In this document: in pieces, positions 61,658-63,946 of the stretch
Position numbering within the stretch: the first letter of the stretch is position 1
How the letters are laid out: every line of letters begins with the position of its first letter
Position numbers and translations under genes: made by a program
From: Gekko japonicus
Lineage: Eukaryota
Direction: 5' to 3'
DNA: 63,946 nucleotides
Assembly: GCF_001447785.1 (NCBI RefSeq)
Contig: NW_015167060.1
Span: forward strand, 1,621,402-1,685,347
Notes under the pieces: generated by a model
What the model was told of the DNA's origin: nothing
What the model saw: the letters and a program-made list of their open reading frames with translations, nothing else
Databases searched by the model: none

Positions 61658-63492
61658 ATAAGAGAAGGCATAAGAGAGCTTTTTGTGTGGAAGGAAAGTC
61701 TGTGAGCTGGCCACAGCTAAAAAGAATACTCTCTGCCACTGAAGGACATCACCTTTCTGCCCTGACAATCCTTTCAGTAGTGCACGCATATAAAGAGATG
61801 CACCCTAGTAACCATCAATCCTTATGGACAGCATGGAACATAAATCTAGTAAATTAATATTTCTTTTAAAAATCCACACACAGGCATATTAGGTGTTTGA
61901 ACATTCCTCAGGCTCCTACCTGCATTTTCCAATTGTCTTCCCTAACGCTGTCACTAGAGTATGTTTTTCCCTAGAACAAATTAATTGCTAATAAACTTCT
62001 CAACCATGATTACTAGGCACAGGGCAGTCCTGGCCCTTTCTTATCCTGTACTGCATAGCCATCCTACTGATGTAGCCCAAAGAGAATGCTGCTCTCCTGG
62101 CTGAAATCCATAGGGAACACTTTCCCACCTCCAATCCTTTTCAGAATTATGTCTGCACTGCTACTCCTACACAGCCAAGCAGAGGCAACTAGCTTGAGGG
62201 CATTACCTGAGTCAAGCTCAGCAGTTCTGGTACAGCTGCCAATTCCGGCTTCTTGTGGACAAAGATGATCCACAAGAGCCAACTGTAACAGGAGAAAAAC
62301 CAGCAGGGGAAGGAAGTATCCAAATGATTTCATGATTTGATTGCACCATGCAGCACCTCTAAGTAGGGTGCTAACTTGGGTGAGAAGTCATGGCCTGGAA
62401 GAGGATATATTTGTACCAAAATACTAATGTAGGTTAATTTAGAGATTATATGATATACCGCTTACATGCTAAAGAGGTGGCTTCATCATGGAAATGCATC
62501 ATTATCACCGGCTTCCACAGCAAGTACAGATTTACATACATCAGTAGTTCTGCTACCTCCGCACTGAATATGCAGGCACATATAATGTACTTTTCTGAAG
62601 CCAATTCCCAGATGCCACGTCTCTATCTCTAGGTCTACCTTTACCCCAGTAACTTTTTTAATTCTACAGGACTATCTGTAATATCCAGTGGGATGTTGAG
62701 ACAAGATACAGCTGGAGGAGGACTTCTTGAAGGATAGCTTTGTTTAAAAAGCAGATTTCCAAGCAAGCAACACTTGAGATACATTTTGGTCCAGCCTCAG
62801 AGTTAGAGCACAGTTTATTTCACCCTTCGGCGAAAGGAAATTTTATATTCATGTGTTTCTAATTCATCTCATACCTTAATCCATCAGGCTCAAGATGGCC
62901 TGTAGGACAGCTGGACAGGACAAGCCATTCAGACTGCAAAGCAAGGACACAATAAGGAGAGGAAAGTCTGAACGAATGAAACCTGTATTCATGGACTGTG
63001 AAAAGAGCAGCCTATCAGCCTTCCTTTCCTTCTAAACCTTTTGACTGAAAGAAACAGAATTTTAGTTTGCAGAGTTAACATGCAAAACTAATACTGGATT
63101 TCAATTACTGTACAAACGTGTTTGCATTTGCCTCTCTCCCTTAGCAGTTTATTCACAAACAAGAGCAAGAATTAGCTAACATTATGCATGGAGACCAGCT
63201 GAAGAAAAAGGCTATGAAAACAAACTTTGACTCACATTGTGAATCAGAACCTGGCTTTTCAGACCCATCCCTCTGTCCCAGAAATAACTCACATAGGTGT
63301 TCCTGATCTCCAAAACATGCTTTTGAGTTGAAATCCACGATTCATCAGAACTTTTTTTCCTTAAGCAAAAGCACCCTTTCAGAGGAGATCAGGACTGCAT
63401 TTGAAGACTGCAAGCAATGGAATTGCTTGATATGTCATTTTGAAGACTCATGTCTACACATAACACCATATCCAGTGATAGTGCTGTATAGA

Positions 63493-63888
63493 CAAGGCTT
63501 TTTCTGTAGAAAAAGCCCAGCAGAAACTCATTAGCATAATAGGCCACACCCAATAGCAAAAACTCATTAGCATATTGGGCCACACCCCGGACAGCACCAC
63601 TCATTATCATATTAGACTGCACCCACATGTTACCAGAAGTGTTGTCATCCAGCCACACCAACCTTTTGCTTCTTATTCTGTTTACTTTGTTTGTTGTCAA
63701 AGCCCAGAGCTTTTTTTGTAGCAGGAACTTCTTTGCATGTTAGGCCACACACCCCTAATGTAGCCAATCCTAATGAGTTCCTGCTGTTGGGTGTGGCCTA
63801 TTATGCTAATGAGTTCCTGCTGGGCGTGGCCAACTCAGGAGCCAGCCGGAACTCCGTTCCTGTGCGTTCCTGCCCAAAAATAGCCCTG
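63493..63888. mobile_element. hAT MITE with internal attagcat/ggccacacc subrepeats
   Basis: caaggcttttt / aaaaatagccctg termini, perfect 8-bp TSD tgtataga. Confidence 0.8.
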
Positions 63889-63946
63889 TGTATAGATAAC
63901 ACAATATCACACATACTGACATCCAAACAGTTCTCAACTTCTTTGT

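Noticed and set aside
56200-63946. GPRIN1, expected next by mammalian synteny
   Set aside because: No recognisable coding sequence; the CpG-rich patches here are all TSD-flanked transposons rather than a promoter island.
1-63946. CRISPR arrays, operons or other prokaryotic systems
   Set aside because: The sequence is intron-containing vertebrate DNA; no regularly spaced repeat-spacer array was seen.

Overview
Vertebrate genomic DNA, from a squamate reptile and probably a gecko, judging by Sauria SINEs and Squam3-like SINEs with (CTT)n tails. The window covers the conserved TSPAN17 - EIF4E1B - SNCB synteny block. (1) The first coding exon and CpG-island promoter of TSPAN17 lie on the minus strand at the left edge. 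(2) A complete minus-strand EIF4E1B (oocyte-type cap-binding protein) has 7 coding exons, 19154->9249, 211 aa; the first exon is the least certain, and a cluster of 19-31 nt candidate 5'UTR micro-exons precedes it. (3) A CpG island at ~24.5-25.5 kb carries the non-coding first exon of plus-strand SNCB (beta-synuclein; 5 coding exons, 26142->55392, 133 aa; polyA signal at 56131; one 21.9 kb intron). The rest is dense in transposable elements: four SINE types, CR1, L2 and BovB LINE relics, hAT and Harbinger-like MITEs with intact TSDs, two solo LTRs, Penelope-like palindromes with decayed hammerhead cores, and a composite Helitron-like repeat that carries a SINE. Nearly all ORFs in the supplied track are non-coding artefacts. 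I found no clearly novel multi-gene system. The most interesting candidates are regulatory or structural: the EIF4E1B micro-exon/uORF leader, inverted SINE pairs flanking exons, a young LTR next to the SNCB promoter, a near-perfect 117-bp palindrome, and loss of the Ser118-equivalent phospho-site in beta-synuclein. All family assignments come from recognising motifs by eye; no database search was run.
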